DNA of 64,000 nt from the IMG/VR virus record IMGVR_UViG_3300021962_000044, positions 47,076-111,075 of that record, one strand, 5' to 3'. The notes beneath the pieces were generated by a model. The model searched no databases and had not been told where the DNA came from. It saw only the letters and a list, made by a program, of their open reading frames with translations. Made by a program: the position numbers and the translations under genes. This document shows, in pieces, positions 56,077 to 64,000 of this stretch. How positions within the stretch are numbered: the first letter of the stretch is position 1; each line of letters begins with the position of its first letter. This DNA comes from a virus.

Positions 56077-56303
56077 AAGATATAAAGATGGATAATGAAA
56101 AAATTAAAATATTGGCTGAGCAATGTATTGCCGAGGGCCAATTTGCCGTTGGGGATTTTACCAAATCAATAATTGATGAATGTTTACTTGCGTTAGATAA
56201 TGCTGGAAAACCTCATGTACATACTACATTTGACCAGGGTCAACATGAAAGTAGCATTGCAGAAGCAAAGAAAGCAATAAAAAATCATTTTGATATTATA
56301 TGA
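56073..56303 (+). CDS. Small phage protein (paralog of 61962 and 62179 ORFs)
   Basis: NEKIKILAEQ...F...IIDEC...IKNHF. Confidence 0.55.
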   Translation: MKDIKMDNEKIKILAEQCIAEGQFAVGDFTKSIIDECLLALDNAGKPHVHTTFDQGQHESSIAEAKKAIKNHFDII

Positions 56304-56584
56304 ATGCAGTATCCGCTCCTAGCCCGTTGCTTGATTATACCTTAAGATATAATTTAAGAAAAGAAATTATAGATTCTACCAAGCTTAGGGATATTGAAAA
56401 GGATGCGGAATTACAAAAAGTTAAATTATTAACATTGCAAAATGAAAAACGATTGTTACAGGATCGTAAATTTGAAGAACATATTGAAGAAATTAAGAAA
56501 TATGAATCATTAAAATTAACCAAAGAATACCAGGATTACCGTTATCTATATAATCTTGGTACAAAGGTTGACATGTACATTTAA
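56300..56584 (+). CDS. Hypothetical coiled-coil protein
   Basis: 94 aa, C-terminal GTKVDMYI. Confidence 0.5.
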   Translation: MNAVSAPSPLLDYTLRYNLRKEIIDSTKLRDIEKDAELQKVKLLTLQNEKRLLQDRKFEEHIEEIKKYESLKLTKEYQDYRYLYNLGTKVDMYI

Positions 56585-56613
56585 ATATAGTATACTTACA
56601 CAGAGGAATAAAC

Positions 56614-57075
56614 ATGACAAAAACACTTATTGCAAAACCCGTAGTAAAAAATCAATTCTGGATCGTTACTGATGGTAAAGAAAAAGTCGGAAATGTATTA
56701 GCCGATGGTTCTGGATTTGAAGTAAAATTGAATGGCAACAAAAGTCATTACAAAAATACTACAGCTATTAAGCGTAAAACAAATATTGAATTTGAAGCAG
56801 TACAAAAAATAGATAAAACTAAACATGACCTGCCCTTTAAGGTATATCCCACAACAGAAAAAGTATTCAATAGTATGTTAGATATTAAACGCAAATTGCA
56901 TTTATTTACGACAGGTTCTAAAAGTAAATGCTATCATGTTGCGGGTTGGTTTAATATACAACAAGGAAGTGAAAAAGATACAGTTTTTTGTCCTAAATAC
57001 ATTTTTATTCAGCGTTATCCGTATCAAGGACCCTATAAAACTGAAATAGAGGCTAAAAAAGCGATAAATACTTAA
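56614..57075 (+). CDS. Hypothetical protein
   Basis: 153 aa with GAGGA SD. Confidence 0.65.
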   Translation: MTKTLIAKPVVKNQFWIVTDGKEKVGNVLADGSGFEVKLNGNKSHYKNTTAIKRKTNIEFEAVQKIDKTKHDLPFKVYPTTEKVFNSMLDIKRKLHLFTTGSKSKCYHVAGWFNIQQGSEKDTVFCPKYIFIQRYPYQGPYKTEIEAKKAINT

Positions 57076-57275
57076 TGATACACATTAAACGATTTATAGA
57101 TAAAGTATCCATTATGGAGACTAAACAAGGTAAAGATGTTGTAATTCCTATAGGTGAAGCTCGTGGATTGCGGGATGAATTAAACAAGTTACTTGTTGAT
57201 AACTATGAATTGTTGCAGACTAAAGTTTCCGTTGAACCTGTATTTCAAGTAGAGATTAATGGTGGTAAATTTTAA
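57075..57275 (+). CDS. Hypothetical protein
   Basis: 66 aa, TAATG overlaps; ATAAATA at 57064. Confidence 0.6.
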   Translation: MIHIKRFIDKVSIMETKQGKDVVIPIGEARGLRDELNKLLVDNYELLQTKVSVEPVFQVEINGGKF

Positions 57276-57568
57276 TGAGTAGAACACAACCCAAAGTTCT
57301 ACTAGAATTAGTAGATAAAGTAACATACAAATGTGATCAAATTGTAGAAGCTGCCGGTATATGGGCAGTATTTTATGATGGACAACCTATCAATTTAAAA
57401 AGCCAACATTACTTAGATAACGAAGCAACTCCTAAATATAAAAAAACTAGTTTTAGTAATCCCGGACATGCACGTAATTTATGTCGTAAATTGAATCTTC
57501 AATTTAAAACAGATAAGTTTACTGTAGTGTTTATGAATTCAGGTAGAGTTGTCTACCCAGATGAGTAA
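57275..57568 (+). CDS. Hypothetical protein
   Basis: 97 aa; KYKKTSFSNPGHARNL. Confidence 0.65.
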   Translation: MSRTQPKVLLELVDKVTYKCDQIVEAAGIWAVFYDGQPINLKSQHYLDNEATPKYKKTSFSNPGHARNLCRKLNLQFKTDKFTVVFMNSGRVVYPDE

Positions 57569-57968
57569 ACGTAAAACTTTAAAAGAAACTATTACAGAAG
57601 TTGTATTGGCGCAACTTCCTGATTCCCTCAATCAAGAAAAAATTATTCCAATAGATAAGCTACTATTCAAGTGGTGGATGACTGGACGCCAAGATGGATT
57701 GCGTTTAACCGACGTCGGTGATTTAGCATTCAGAATGGCAGAAATAGAATTTTATCAATATGAATTGAAGCTACAACCAGAAACTCAATATCATGCTTAT
57801 ATCTTAGAACTTAATAAAAAAATCAAATGTCCCTATTATATGGGAGTAAATAAAGATGGGAAGAAAAGCTTTCCGTACATAAGATTTTATGATAGCAAAA
57901 TAGCTATGATGGTTAGTTTGTATGGAAATGTAAATGAATATTTAGATAGCATAAAGGTAAAAAAATGA
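57561..57968 (+). CDS. Hypothetical protein (possible winged-helix)
   Basis: GLRLTDVG motif; ATG at 57561. Confidence 0.6.
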   Translation: MSKRKTLKETITEVVLAQLPDSLNQEKIIPIDKLLFKWWMTGRQDGLRLTDVGDLAFRMAEIEFYQYELKLQPETQYHAYILELNKKIKCPYYMGVNKDGKKSFPYIRFYDSKIAMMVSLYGNVNEYLDSIKVKK

Positions 57969-58132
57969 CTGAAGAAAAGAAAAGTAAAAATCCATTTATT
58001 AACTTAGCTAATGCCGCTAAGAAAGACAATAATAAGCCTGGATTAGGTAAAGCACCTAAATCACAAGGTCCTAAACCAACTAAGGGAAACGGTGGTGCTA
58101 CGGTAGTTCGTAGAAGTGGACGTGGTGGTTAA
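57965..58132 (+). CDS. Small basic Lys/Gly-rich protein (55 aa, not in ORF track)
   Basis: MTEEKKSKNPF...VVRRSGRGG; ATGA overlap. Confidence 0.5.
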   Translation: MTEEKKSKNPFINLANAAKKDNNKPGLGKAPKSQGPKPTKGNGGATVVRRSGRGG

Positions 58133-58611
58133 TACCACTCACCTTCATTACGCATACGTTTAATAAAAGTAAGATAGGTGCTACATATTCCGTAGCATCT
58201 TAATTGTACAGTACTAAACAATGCTCTGTCTTTTATTTCAGGTAAAACAATAACACTAGTATTGTTTACCGGAACTGTTCCGGGTGTCCATAATTTATCA
58301 CTACTAGTTAATGCATTTACATTAGGATTAGGTTGATAGAAATAGTTTGGATAATTTTTTAATGGTTGTGTAGTAAACCAATCATATGTTTCCTGATTCC
58401 CAGATTTAATCCAAAAACGATTACCTTGCAAGTATTTGTCAGTTACTGGAATAGGTGCTTGTTCTGGACCTACACATAATGTATTATCTATTCTCCAAAC
58501 ATCAACCATACAAGCAAATCCATTATTGAAGGATTTTCCTATTTGGTCAGGAGTATTAGCATATTCATAGTTTTGGCCGTCGTAAATTCCCTGATAAGAT
58601 ATATATAACAT
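58129..58611 (-). CDS. Degenerate GDPD/PLC-like phosphodiesterase-fold protein
   Basis: ISYQG...ANTPDQI...GFACMVDVW aligns to IAHRG...EN.P..I...G..VEIDVW; GICS near the C-terminus. Confidence 0.55.
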   Translation of the reverse strand: MLYISYQGIYDGQNYEYANTPDQIGKSFNNGFACMVDVWRIDNTLCVGPEQAPIPVTDKYLQGNRFWIKSGNQETYDWFTTQPLKNYPNYFYQPNPNVNALTSSDKLWTPGTVPVNNTSVIVLPEIKDRALFSTVQLRCYGICSTYLTFIKRMRNEGEWY

Positions 58612-58702
58612 AGTATGTATTTATGTCAACGTAATCAATAGCTACCGCGTTATATATATGTAGACATATAAATCTACTTCATTATCATAAAGGAAACTTA
58701 AA

Positions 58703-58945
58703 ATGAAAACATTAGCAATCGTCTTAATCTCTACATTGTCACTAGCAACAGCTATGGCTCAGAACACAGCTCCTGCGGCAAAGCCAGCTACAGCAACAAC
58801 TGTACCTGCTAAGGCAGAAGCACCAAAAGAAGAAATGAAATTGGCTAAGAAAAAGGATGCTCCCAAGGCAGATACTAAAAGTGAGGCCAAGCCTGCTAGT
58901 CCTGCAAAAGCCGACGATAAAAAAGCCGAAGCTTCTAAGAAGTAA
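58703..58945 (+). CDS. Secreted Ala/Lys/Pro-rich peptide
   Basis: Signal peptide MKTLAIVLISTLSLATAMA|Q; AAGGA SD. Confidence 0.7.
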   Translation: MKTLAIVLISTLSLATAMAQNTAPAAKPATATTVPAKAEAPKEEMKLAKKKDAPKADTKSEAKPASPAKADDKKAEASKK

Positions 58946-59227
58946 TCCATACAGACTTATCGCAATTAAAACTTGGGGACTTGATCCAAATCAGGTTCTA
59001 GTTAGTGATGAGGATATACTAGTTAATTCCCGTCGTATCATATTAAAGATTGAAACGTCTTTACATGACGATGAGGAATTAAGTGATTATATCAAGTTAA
59101 GATTGTTTCTGGCCAGACAATTGGCTATGTCAAAATATAGAGAAATCTATCAGCCGGCATAAATATATATGAAGTTAGGGGTTCTTCATAAAAACCCACT
59201 TTTAAACACACACATAGGAGATATAAA

Positions 59228-59515
59228 ATGTTTAACACAGCAACTTACGCCTTTATCGATGGAGTTTCAGACTTCAAAAAGAAATTTGTAGAACAAACAG
59301 TTCAACACGAAGGCATCAAAACAGCACTCAATACTTTTGTTGATGCACAATCAAAATATACTAAAGCAGCCGCAGATGCAGGAATGCAATCAGCAATGGC
59401 TTTGGGTATGATTTTTACAAGCAAAGATTTTTACACACAATTAGCAGATCAGTATAAAGCAATGGTTCCAGCTTTCAATATTGCTAAATCTGCAAAATCT
59501 ACAAAGGTTAAGTAA
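59228..59515 (+). CDS. Hypothetical amphipathic helical protein (phasin-like, weak)
   Basis: AGGAG SD; 95 aa, Ala-rich helical. Confidence 0.55.
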   Translation: MFNTATYAFIDGVSDFKKKFVEQTVQHEGIKTALNTFVDAQSKYTKAAADAGMQSAMALGMIFTSKDFYTQLADQYKAMVPAFNIAKSAKSTKVK

Positions 59516-59888
59516 TTATGAAACTTTTAGGAATACTAATAGTGTTCCTAGGTTTTTCTACAGATACCTACGGAACAGAGTTAGAAAAATATATAGTCAG
59601 CCGAAATCCAAAAGATGCAGGTGACATTGAGCGATTGACCTACGAGTTCCATCGCAAACAATCAGATTGGAGATTTCTATGAACACACTTAAACAACTAT
59701 TCAACAGCCTACTAGAGGCTATTCAATCTATTAAAGATTACAAAGCGAGTAAAATGAAATGAATCAATGGCAACCTATGACTGACGAAGATTGGGAATGG
59801 GTTAATCATGGTACATTACCGAAACCCGTTGACATTCCAGTCAAAACAAACTACAATTAATACACATACACTTTTTTAAGGAAATAAA

Positions 59889-60161
59889 ATGACAGACTTT
59901 AAACCAAAATTACCTGAAGTTAAATTTAACAAAAACGGTTACGAATTACGTACAGATATCTTAGCTATGGCTAAAGATGCTGTACAACACGAATACCAAA
60001 TGAAATTTCACGGTTGGGAGATGAGCGCCAAACGTGATGAAAAAACAGGTCAACTTGTCTCTACAATTGCAATGCCCGAATTTCCAGGTCTAGACAAAAT
60101 CCTAGAAACTGCTGAAAAGATGTACGGTTTTGTTAATCAAAGTACTAATACTAAAAAGTAA
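59889..60161 (+). CDS. Hypothetical protein
   Basis: NGYELRTDIL.MAK...P....ILETAEKMY.FV; AAGGA SD. Confidence 0.65.
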   Translation: MTDFKPKLPEVKFNKNGYELRTDILAMAKDAVQHEYQMKFHGWEMSAKRDEKTGQLVSTIAMPEFPGLDKILETAEKMYGFVNQSTNTKK

Positions 60162-60175
60162 TACTTTTAGTTCTC

Positions 60176-60205
60176 AAAAAATGCCCCGTTTTTTGGGGCT
60201 TTTTT
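60176..60205 (+). terminator. Rho-independent terminator
   Basis: GCCCC (60183-87) / GGGGC (60195-99) followed by a T-tract. Confidence 0.8.
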
Positions 60206-60211
60206 ATACCC

Positions 60212-60271
60212 AAAATTTGACAATAAATGGACTTAGTGCTACAATAGAATCTTAGACAGTTAGATAAAGGA
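60212..60271 (+). promoter_or_regulatory. Repeated early promoter + RBS cassette, copy 1
   Basis: TTGACAataaatgg...TACAATagaatcttagacagttagataaagga; 17-nt spacer. Confidence 0.85.
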
Positions 60272-60277
60272 CACGAA

Positions 60278-60619
60278 ATGACTACATTCATCAAAGGCAA
60301 TTTCTACGGTACTGAGTACGTTGACTATACAAACCCAGTCGACGGAACTACTAAATTTGTAGCCCGCTTCAAATATGTTCGTGGGACTAAAGCAAGTTTC
60401 CTTACTTTCCTTACAAAGAATTTTACTGTTGAGGAATACTTTAGTCGCTTAGAAAAGGGCGAAGCACCTCTTGAAATCGTTGGTTCTAAGGGTTTTATTC
60501 AACCACATATCAAAAAGATGCTTAAAGAACAGGGTTACCCAGTTACTAGTGCAGGATTTGAGCAATTAGTCCAAGATAATGTTGCAAAAACACAACAACG
60601 CTTGGCCGCTAAAATTTGA
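60278..60619 (+). CDS. Early hypothetical protein
   Basis: 113 aa between cassette copies 1 and 2. Confidence 0.7.
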   Translation: MTTFIKGNFYGTEYVDYTNPVDGTTKFVARFKYVRGTKASFLTFLTKNFTVEEYFSRLEKGEAPLEIVGSKGFIQPHIKKMLKEQGYPVTSAGFEQLVQDNVAKTQQRLAAKI

Positions 60620-60670
60620 CAATAAATGGTTTCGGGTATATAATAGAATCTTAAACAGTTAGATAAAGGA
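60611..60670 (+). promoter_or_regulatory. Repeated early promoter + RBS cassette, copy 2
   Basis: TTGACA 60616, TATAAT 60639, agaatcttaaacagttagataaagga. Confidence 0.88.
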
Positions 60671-60676
60671 AACAAA

Positions 60677-60889
60677 ATGTCATACGGAATGTTTAGCGAA
60701 GAAGGCAACAAACAAATTGCCGATATCATTGAATTTCACAAAAATTACAAAAGTGACTGGGCTACGGTTTATCAGAATTTGCGTGATTTGGCCGATAGTG
60801 ACTACACTAAATTTGGCGAAGCAATGGATACAGAAGTCCGTGAAATTGTCTATACGAAATTGGGCTTTAAGTCAGATTTCTATATTTGA
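60677..60889 (+). CDS. Early hypothetical protein
   Basis: 70 aa between cassette copies 2 and 3. Confidence 0.7.
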   Translation: MSYGMFSEEGNKQIADIIEFHKNYKSDWATVYQNLRDLADSDYTKFGEAMDTEVREIVYTKLGFKSDFYI

Positions 60890-60941
60890 CAATAAATGGC
60901 TTTGGGTATATAATAGAATCTTAAACAGTTAAACAACGGAG
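60884..60941 (+). promoter_or_regulatory. Repeated early promoter + RBS cassette, copy 3
   Basis: TTGACA 60886, TATAAT 60909, agaatcttaaacagtta...ggag. Confidence 0.88.
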
Positions 60942-60947
60942 TTAAAC

Positions 60948-61214
60948 ATGAACGCATTGCAAAAATACATTGACCAGAAGAATCGTTGGAATAGCATTTT
61001 CAAGGGTGAACAATATGAAGTCGTTACTCAAGCCGGTCGTCAACGTTTGGCAGATCAAATTGATTCTGCCCTTAGCCCTGAGAACTTGACCTGCGATGGT
61101 GAGTTGCCCCGTGCAGAAGTTAACCGTCGTTACAAAGAATTGATGACTGCCGCTAAACAATTGAAACAGTTGGATCCATCTGTTAAGTTTTACGAATACG
61201 AAACTGAAATTTAA
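60948..61214 (+). CDS. Early hypothetical protein
   Basis: LSPENLTCDGEL; GGAG SD. Confidence 0.7.
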   Translation: MNALQKYIDQKNRWNSIFKGEQYEVVTQAGRQRLADQIDSALSPENLTCDGELPRAEVNRRYKELMTAAKQLKQLDPSVKFYEYETEI

Positions 61215-61224
61215 GGAGAATAAC

Positions 61225-61962
61225 ATGCCTGGATTTGCTAACGTATCAAATATGACTAGCCGTCAAATTCAACGTATGGGTCATGCTGATGATTCTACTC
61301 CATATCGTGCTAAAACTAGAACACAAAAAGTTACAGTTAACTACAATGCTGATGATGTGTGGAGTGCGGCATGTGCGGCTCAACGTATCAATGGTAGTTA
61401 TGTCAAGTTAAGTTCAGTTTCTGAATCAGATCCTGCTACAACAAAACTATCCAATCGTATGATTGTTGAACAATTGTTGACTGACCAATCAGGTATTACT
61501 GACACAGACCGTGAACATGGTAAAAAGGTTCGTGCGTTTTATCAGGCACTGACTTTCAAAATCTTGCAAGGTAAACAACTAAGTGATTTTGATAACACAG
61601 CAATGTTGATTGCTAACAGAGAGGTTATTACCGGTAACTATGATGTTGCAGTTATTGCTAGTTTACCATCATGCTATGAGCGTGGTGTTGAACGTCAAAC
61701 AGCAGAACAACGAGTTAATTTTGCTACCGGTGGTTTAATTGGTAAAGCTAGTGACAAGGTAAAACTTGAAATTGAAGTTATCAAGTGTACATATTCGCAT
61801 AGTTATAACGTGTTCTTTGTAACTGGAATTACTACGCAGGATCAACCAGTATTCTTTAGTTATAAGGAAAAGGTTCCTACTGGTGATACCATGAACATAG
61901 TCGGTACTGTTAAAGCACATAGAGATAACATTACCCAACTTAATCGTGTAAAGGTTCTTTAA
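61225..61962 (+). CDS. Hypothetical protein with C-terminal OB-fold-like segment
   Basis: IVGTVKAH....TQLNRVK; AAGGAG SD. Confidence 0.65.
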   Translation: MPGFANVSNMTSRQIQRMGHADDSTPYRAKTRTQKVTVNYNADDVWSAACAAQRINGSYVKLSSVSESDPATTKLSNRMIVEQLLTDQSGITDTDREHGKKVRAFYQALTFKILQGKQLSDFDNTAMLIANREVITGNYDVAVIASLPSCYERGVERQTAEQRVNFATGGLIGKASDKVKLEIEVIKCTYSHSYNVFFVTGITTQDQPVFFSYKEKVPTGDTMNIVGTVKAHRDNITQLNRVKVL

Positions 61963-62189
61963 TGAATACAGAATTGATTCAGAAATTAAAGTCGCAATGT
62001 ATTGTCCGTGAAATGCGTGGTACTAATGCATTTGACAATTATATGGTTGATCGGTTTGATACTGAAAAGTTTGCAGAACTGATTGTCAAAGAATGTGACC
62101 GTTATGCCCGTAGTGTATGGGAACATGGTCCTTTGTTAGGTAGAGATTTGTTAATACATTTTGGAATTGAGGAGATGAGTGATGAATAA
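61962..62189 (+). CDS. Small phage protein (EKFAELIVKEC family)
   Basis: Similar to the 56073 and 62179 ORFs. Confidence 0.6.
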   Translation: MNTELIQKLKSQCIVREMRGTNAFDNYMVDRFDTEKFAELIVKECDRYARSVWEHGPLLGRDLLIHFGIEEMSDE

Positions 62190-62412
62190 AGATATTCAAA
62201 TTCTTTTTAAGCAAGCAGGTGGTTATATTGAAACTGACGAGCAGGGTAATATTTTTACCTATGCACATGATTTTGATCCTGAGAAATTTGCCCGTTCACT
62301 AATTAAAGAGTGCTATCAGACGTTAATCAATCATGGTTATACAGATGCGGCAAATGTATTAGACAAAGAGTTTGCCGAAGATTGGCAACCATATGAGTTT
62401 CCGGAGATTTGA
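62179..62412 (+). CDS. Small phage protein (EKFARSLIKEC)
   Basis: Tandem paralog of the previous ORF; GAGGAG SD. Confidence 0.6.
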   Translation: MMNKDIQILFKQAGGYIETDEQGNIFTYAHDFDPEKFARSLIKECYQTLINHGYTDAANVLDKEFAEDWQPYEFPEI

Positions 62413-62704
62413 AAATGGAAAAAAACAAATGCAATGTGTGTAGTTGTACGTATACTGATGATGAGGGCGGTGTACAAGGATACTTTGGAATAATTCCAGT
62501 ATCGTTTTGCCCAACTTGTTTTAGTAGTATGTGCGATATGGTTCAACAAATGAATGAAAATTTACAGGAGGAAGTATGACTAAATTATTAATAGGTTTTA
62601 TTCTTGGCATTATTGTATCAACAGTCGGCTTTAGTGGTATTGCTAAGATAGCTGATAATGGCGTTAACAAAGTTAAAGAAGTAACACAGGAACAGGTGAA
62701 ATAA

Positions 62705-63133
62705 ATGGGACTAGATATGTATGCGTATGTTGCTAAAAAAAGAGGGCAATACAATGAATTCTACGAAACTGCAGAGTTTGATGGAACAACAAATGATTTT
62801 GAAAGCGAGACAGTTACTAAGCCACACGAAATTGCTTATTGGCGTAAACATCCTAACTTGCATGGTTGGATGGAACAACTATGGGTTAGTAAAGGTCGTC
62901 CAAGGCAAAGTGTTGGTTGGCCTATATTCAATGGCATTGAACTTGAACTAACGTGGGATGACTTGGACAACCTTGAACGAGCTATTCGTACTGGTCAACT
63001 TCCGGATACAGAAGGTTTCTTTTTTGGCAATCCTGCTGATAATCATTACTATGAACAAGACCTTGAGTTTGTAAACAACGCAAAGGCAGAAGTGTTCCTA
63101 GGACTAAAAGTATTTTACAATAGCAGTTGGTAA
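62705..63133 (+). CDS. Phage hypothetical protein
   Basis: MGLDMY...YWRKHPNLHGWM...GFFFG...YNSSW. Confidence 0.7.
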   Translation: MGLDMYAYVAKKRGQYNEFYETAEFDGTTNDFESETVTKPHEIAYWRKHPNLHGWMEQLWVSKGRPRQSVGWPIFNGIELELTWDDLDNLERAIRTGQLPDTEGFFFGNPADNHYYEQDLEFVNNAKAEVFLGLKVFYNSSW

Positions 63134-63156
63134 CTAAATACCCTGTAAGGGGTAAT

Positions 63157-63342
63157 ATCATGGATACAATTAAAACAATAATTATCACACTACTAGTAAT
63201 CGTAGGAATGGTTTGGTTTGTACGAGAGGGCACGGACGATCCTGATTATGTTGTACTAGAGTATCAGTGTTCCAAACTTCATTCATATGAAGAAGTACCC
63301 AATGAGGTAACCGAAGAATGTACTAAACGTAAGGCAAAATAA
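63157..63342 (+). CDS. Small membrane-anchored protein
   Basis: Single N-terminal TM helix plus two Cys; start approximate. Confidence 0.45.
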   Translation: MMDTIKTIIITLLVIVGMVWFVREGTDDPDYVVLEYQCSKLHSYEEVPNEVTEECTKRKAK

Positions 63343-63866
63343 TGGCTATCTTATATCGTATCAAACCAGCAGACAAAAAATCAGTAGAAGCATTCTATGA
63401 TGTTTATAAAAAAATGCCTGATGGTACTATCCGTGGTTGGAGTGTTACCGAACTATATCGTTGGGGTCAAGGATTTGTAGAAGATGAATCTGAGTTGCCC
63501 TTTAGTGATGATCGGTATCATTGTGTCGATCCTACGATCGGTTGGGGTTGTGAACTTGAGGACCTTTGTGCGGTAGACTTTGAGTTTGATGATAGTTTCA
63601 CCGATGAAGAAAAAGCAGAGATTGAAGAACTTTGGGCAAATGGTGACCCAAATGATGAGTATGAACGTAGTGGTGCGGCCTGGCTATATGACTATAGTGA
63701 ATGGGAAGTAGAAGAAGATACTATTACTATTTTGGGTCCATTTACGGTTGACAAAATTGACGAGGACGTGTATAATGAAGTCATTGAAACAATAGAACTT
63801 AAACCCCGTCCACCTTTTGTAGCTACAACAGCGTGGCCCTTTTCAACAGCAACGAAAGAAGATTAA
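63342..63866 (+). CDS. Acidic hypothetical protein
   Basis: 174 aa, D/E-rich; TAATG overlap. Confidence 0.65.
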   Translation: MAILYRIKPADKKSVEAFYDVYKKMPDGTIRGWSVTELYRWGQGFVEDESELPFSDDRYHCVDPTIGWGCELEDLCAVDFEFDDSFTDEEKAEIEELWANGDPNDEYERSGAAWLYDYSEWEVEEDTITILGPFTVDKIDEDVYNEVIETIELKPRPPFVATTAWPFSTATKED

Positions 63867-64000
63867 ATGTCCGCTTCATGGATTAACAAACTGAATGAAT
63901 CAGATAGTCGCCTGCACAAGGAAGATGTTATTAAACAAGCATTAGAGGCAAGTGTCCTTGGTAGCACAAATGCTCAGATTTTTCTGGGTTTGACTAAAGC
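63867..64000 (+). CDS. Probable ATP-dependent DNA ligase, N-terminus (truncated by window)
   Basis: INKLNESDSRLHKEDVI resembles the N-terminal helices of T4-like ligases; no catalytic motif is visible in the window. Confidence 0.4.
   Translation, partial: MSASWINKLNESDSRLHKEDVIKQALEASVLGSTNAQIFLGLTK

Noticed and set aside
58857-59162. 101-aa ORF as given in the track
   Set aside because: Its 5' part overlaps the secreted-peptide gene out of frame. A shorter gene may exist in 58950-59162, but I cannot support a start.
1-64000. Stop-codon reassignment (alternative genetic code)
   Set aside because: Conserved enzymes are full-length under code 11 and genes abut with normal TAA/TGA overlaps.
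1-64000. Bacterial chromosome or prophage origin, suggested by clpA, dnaJ, folE and dps
   Set aside because: These genes are interspersed with T4-like polymerase, clamp loader, RNase H, late promoters and virion genes; there is no integrase or host-type operon.

Overview
This is an AT-rich, densely coding segment of a large T4-like (myovirus-type) dsDNA bacteriophage. Standard code 11 gives full-length genes, and I recognised no rRNA, tRNA or CRISPR array. In order, the window holds: (i) the end of a virion structural region (1-2.5 kb); (ii) replication, chaperone and host-interaction genes (DnaE fragment, GroES, clamp loader, PhoH, 3-TM holin, DnaJ, ClpA); (iii) a late-promoter-driven block at ~13-28.5 kb, plus a minus-strand block at 45.5-50 kb, of modular proteins; (iv) TilS, family-B DNA polymerase and a probable sliding clamp; (v) an ~11 kb 7-deazaguanine DNA-modification cluster (DpdA/TGT-like, FolE, QueD, QueE, a second QueD-like protein, no QueC in the window) mixed with two glycosyltransferases, a cytidylyltransferase, an NDP-sugar epimerase, a 2OG oxygenase and a DfrB-type dihydrofolate reductase; and (vi) UvsE, a helicase-HNH pair, RNase H and early small genes behind repeated sigma70 promoter cassettes. 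The best candidate for an undescribed system is (iii). These look like capsid-packaged polyproteins with T4-like N-terminal capsid-targeting peptides and [LIVM]-x-E prohead-protease-type sites between modules. The module joints are conserved at the DNA level (aaggtNtRRcggaag). Cargo modules include ADP-ribosyltransferase-like, nucleotidyltransferase, ParB-like, sigma region 4, HsdS-like and peptidase domains. Three modules begin with internal twin-arginine (Tat) signal peptides placed right after a predicted cleavage site. All functional calls come from motif recognition by eye; no searches were run.
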